A DNA stretch of 64,000 nucleotides from Selaginella moellendorffii (lineage: Eukaryota; Plantae; Lycopodiophyta): assembly GCF_000143415.4 (NCBI RefSeq), contig NW_003314360.1:104284-168283 (forward strand), written 5' to 3'. A model generated the notes under the pieces. That model was not told the origin of the DNA. It did not search any database and saw only the letters and a list, made by a program, of their open reading frames with translations. The first letter of the stretch is position 1; the number at the start of each line of letters is the position of its first letter. Both the position numbers and the translations under genes were made by a program. This document shows positions 61,029 through 64,000 of this stretch, piece after piece.

Positions 61029-62147
61029 TCATATCAAGTTTGATAAATTTTGGATCTGGTTGAGTTTGTTTGAACTTGCCACCACGTTGCACCTTTTCGG
61101 GTCCGACACGATGATGGTGCATTTTGGATCCAGAATCCAAGTCCCACGAAACGTGCCTCCACCCAGTAGGGGGTTATCCATGCCATGGTAGCGGCTGCTC
61201 GCATAATGGAACACCAGATTCGCTGGGATTGCACAGGAGAGAACATCCAGGAACTTCAGGAAATCTTTCTTCCCATTCCAGGACGCATTCGTGGCAAGGA
61301 TATCGCGGTAATAGATGAATTCGTCTTCCTTGTCCTGGATCATCCTGCACGTAGTGTTCACGGCGTCCTGAAACGTCTGCACGCTCGGATCGGTGAGCAG
61401 CAGCACCGCCGGAAGATTGTTAAACTTCTTCTTGTAAAACTCCTTGGGAAACGAGAAGACGTCGTTCACCATCCACATATGATCGAGCATAGCGTTCTGA
61501 GCCCTGATGTAATCCAGGGACTCGACATCCTCATCGTCAAACGAAGCACCCATTGCATAGATGAGTGGCAGAATGAAGACGTTCTTCCTCCGGTAGAGCT
61601 CGTAGTCCTGCGTCAAGTCGTCACTCAAAATGCTTCTCGCCCAGCCCTCAACAGTGGAAACCGTGCGCCTGAACAGCTCCGTCTTCAACAGAGACCTCAA
61701 ATCCTTCATCAGATCGTGGCACGCTCGATAGGCAAGAATATCCGGAACCTCCGCGAGCGATGCGGTTCCATAGCAGAGGCTAAGAACAGTGTTGAGATAC
61801 GATGTCGCGAGAGCTCCCCCAGCAACCTCGTTGTCATCAAACGGATCGTCCAGGAAGGCAGTGAGCCAGGCAAACTTGGCCGACGCCAACATGTTCGCTT
61901 TCGGAGCGTGAGGCGTGGAGAGGCACGTAAACATTGGAACTTTCCACTGGACCAGGCATTTCTTCTCCTCCGGACTGAAATCCCTCCTCATGCATTTGAA
62001 TGCCCACTCGTTCGCTTCCTTGGTGATTGACGTATACTCGGGATGCCTTTGGAAAGATAGAGAGCATGGTATCTCCGGAAGCTCGAATCTCGTGAGAGCA
62101 AAGAGATGTTCTACCGCTGGTAGCTTCTGTAAACACGGACTTGCCAT
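61029..62147 (-). CDS. MTPSL: Intact, intronless microbial-type terpene synthase-like protein (372 aa)
   Basis: Uninterrupted ATG-TGA ORF with Asp-rich LDDPFDD, pyrophosphate-sensor-like YRR, NSE motif NDVFSFPKE and an RY pair (SSRY). Single alpha-domain size, typical of bacterial/fungal-type TPS in non-seed plants. Confidence 0.92.
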   Translation of the reverse strand: MASPCLQKLPAVEHLFALTRFELPEIPCSLSFQRHPEYTSITKEANEWAFKCMRRDFSPEEKKCLVQWKVPMFTCLSTPHAPKANMLASAKFAWLTAFLDDPFDDNEVAGGALATSYLNTVLSLCYGTASLAEVPDILAYRACHDLMKDLRSLLKTELFRRTVSTVEGWARSILSDDLTQDYELYRRKNVFILPLIYAMGASFDDEDVESLDYIRAQNAMLDHMWMVNDVFSFPKEFYKKKFNNLPAVLLLTDPSVQTFQDAVNTTCRMIQDKEDEFIYYRDILATNASWNGKKDFLKFLDVLSCAIPANLVFHYASSRYHGMDNPLLGGGTFRGTWILDPKCTIIVSDPKRCNVVASSNKLNQIQNLSNLI

Positions 62148-62346
62148 TTCTTAGAGATGGTTTCGAGATATTTTCTTCAATTTATACTGCTAAGTTTCAC
62201 GTGACCATGCCCAAGAAGTTTCCTGCTTGGACTGACTTTGATTGTGTACAGAAAATAGAACCGGTTGTTGCCAAAGAAAAGGCGGTCAGAAAAAAGGACT
62301 GGTTGTTACTCCCTCGGCATGAATGAGTGAATAAGATGATATCGAC

Positions 62347-63360
62347 ATGGAGTTTCTAGCACCGCCGTCTCAACTTGCCAGTATCACCCAGTGGGTCTGT
62401 TCCATTGATCGGACACCTCCACCTCTTTGGGAGGAAACCCCATCTCTCTGTATGACCGATCTTCTCTCTCCGGCTGGGAATGGTGCCATCCGTGGTGGTC
62501 GCGAGCGCCCATCTGGCCAAGGAGCTCTTTAAACCCAGGACTTTACATTCTCTTCCAGGCCGTATTTCATGCCAGGGGAGTATAGCTTCTACAACTTCCT
62601 TGACATGGGATTCGCTGGAAGAACATGCGGAGCTGTGTGCCACGGAGCTCTTCACAATCAGGCGCATGGATTCTTTCTTGTGGGTGCGAACAGAGGAGCT
62701 CCGTGAGATGCTATCGGCGCTCTTGGATTCTTCTCTGGATTGCAAGCCCGTCAACATGAGAGACATGGTCACGACATGCCTGTTCAATGTGGTCACCCGG
62801 ATCTTGATGAGCAAGAGGTTCTACACGTTTGTGGGAGACGAGGCAACCATGGATGAAGATGCCCGGGAGTTTAAGAGCCTCCTGCTGTCCATCACAGACC
62901 AGGCGATCCATTTTCATCCTTGAGGTACTTGAGCATGATGTGCATGAAGTCCTCCTTGCTGCTATTGACACCAAGCTTGTGCTCGTCGACTATCTTCTGC
63001 AAGACACTATCAATCTTTGGCTGCAGCTTCTTGAGCCGTGGGATCTTCCAGTCGATGCCTCTAAGCCACGGTGGGACAAACTCGCTGGTGTGAACCATAT
63101 TGCGAGGACAGTGTCAAGGCCAATAGCATGGTAAGTTCTTCCTCTCGTGATTTGATGTCTCTTAACTATATCCTCGAATATGCCAGGAGCTTATATCTGG
63201 TGGAACAACTGGAGCTACACAATGTTGTCTTCTCCAACCAGGCAAGAATTCCCCATCTCCTCTTGAGCTTTTCCTAGCATCTCCAGGTGGTGAAGAAGCT
63301 CCAGGATTGACCACCTGATCACAGCAGCACTTGTGTTGCAAGCAGTGATCAAGGAAGCTC
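62347..63360 (+). pseudogene. CYP71-clan P450 pseudogene, head-to-head with the MTPSL, with two internal inversions
   Basis: Plus strand: MVPSVVVASAHLAKELFK, ELFTIRRMDSF, intron GTAAG..CAG before ELISGGT, LQAVIKEA. Minus strand: SEFVPPWLRGIDWKIPRLKK (about 62912-63090) and TSAAVIRWSILELLHH (about 63208-63335). Confidence 0.85.
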
Positions 63361-64000
63361 CAAGATTGTTTATATTACATAAATTGTAAGCAAAGGTGAG
63401 AAGTTCTTGGCATTGCACATTAGTGACAATTCAGTTAACACTTTTATGTCTTTCAACATCTACATCAATATATCATTAGAAGGGATTGCAAAGGGGCAAC
63501 TACCAAAGAAGTCCACAAGTACGACAATTTATGATTGCTAACATGGTTAGTCTTATTTTATGTGATATACAACTTATAAGTGTAACATGATTTTAAAAAT
63601 CATTTTTATAAATATTGTCTATAAGTATCTTCGATATAGAAGTGTGTCATTTGAGGCATTAATTGTACTTAACTTGTTGCAAAGGGTGTAAAGGATGGAA
63701 GAATGTACCCAACAATGTTTGCAAAAATTCAAAAGGCATAAAAGATAAATTGCTAAGAGTTGGAGCTCCTTAGGAAGCAAACACTTACATTTGACTAGGA
63801 GGAAATTTGGCAATGATGGCAATGCTAGGATGAAGAAGCTCTAAAAAATACTTAAATATAAATTAAGAGAAACAAGTTAAAACATTTTGACAGTGGAACG
63901 GGAGTCTAATCTTGATTATCTTGGAATGCAAGCTTAATTTAGGCAATAATAGTCTTCCGAAGAGCCAACAACCGCACATACTTCATCAATCGATCCACTA

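Noticed and set aside
61185-62030. 281-aa antisense ORF over the MTPSL (also 58337-58987)
   Set aside because: Shadow ORF expected from GC-rich codon usage; no motifs.
43419-62147. Bacterial or fungal contamination as the source of the terpene synthases
   Set aside because: The copies are interleaved with intron-bearing plant P450s and plant LTR elements and share duplicated flanks.

Overview
Eukaryotic, transposon-dense plant DNA, most likely a lycophyte such as Selaginella. This is inferred from intronless microbial-type terpene synthases, CYP71-clan P450s, 36-57 nt GT-AG introns, TTTAGGG repeats and Tcn1-like chromoviruses. About 85% of the window is nested mobile DNA. One decayed Ty3/Gypsy host (about 8991-43130) carries a solo LTR, a 13.2-kb TIR DNA transposon, a self-priming chromovirus, a P-element-like transposon and another Gypsy. 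A MITE, a Merlin/IS1016 relic, a short-LTR Gypsy and a Copia follow. The only clearly intact host gene is a microbial-type terpene synthase (MTPSL, 61029-62147). It sits in a triplicated head-to-head MTPSL-CYP450 module whose P450 copies are broken by micro-inversions. The best candidate for an undescribed system is the 13.2-kb TIR element (12821-26006). Its right arm encodes a Sola-like DDD transposase. Its left arm can be spliced into one large protein: ParB/Srx-like domain, degenerate amino-methyltransferase-like fold, acidic and Pro-rich linkers, and an FCP1/NIF-like HAD domain. The element carries about 20 copies of a 22-bp palindrome (ATGGCRTGWGGCCWCAYGCCAT), found in its own introns and in a derived MITE, which suggests a self-recognition or anti-silencing system. 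All domain calls are by-eye motif recognition; no searches were run. A 100-N gap lies at 18468-18567.
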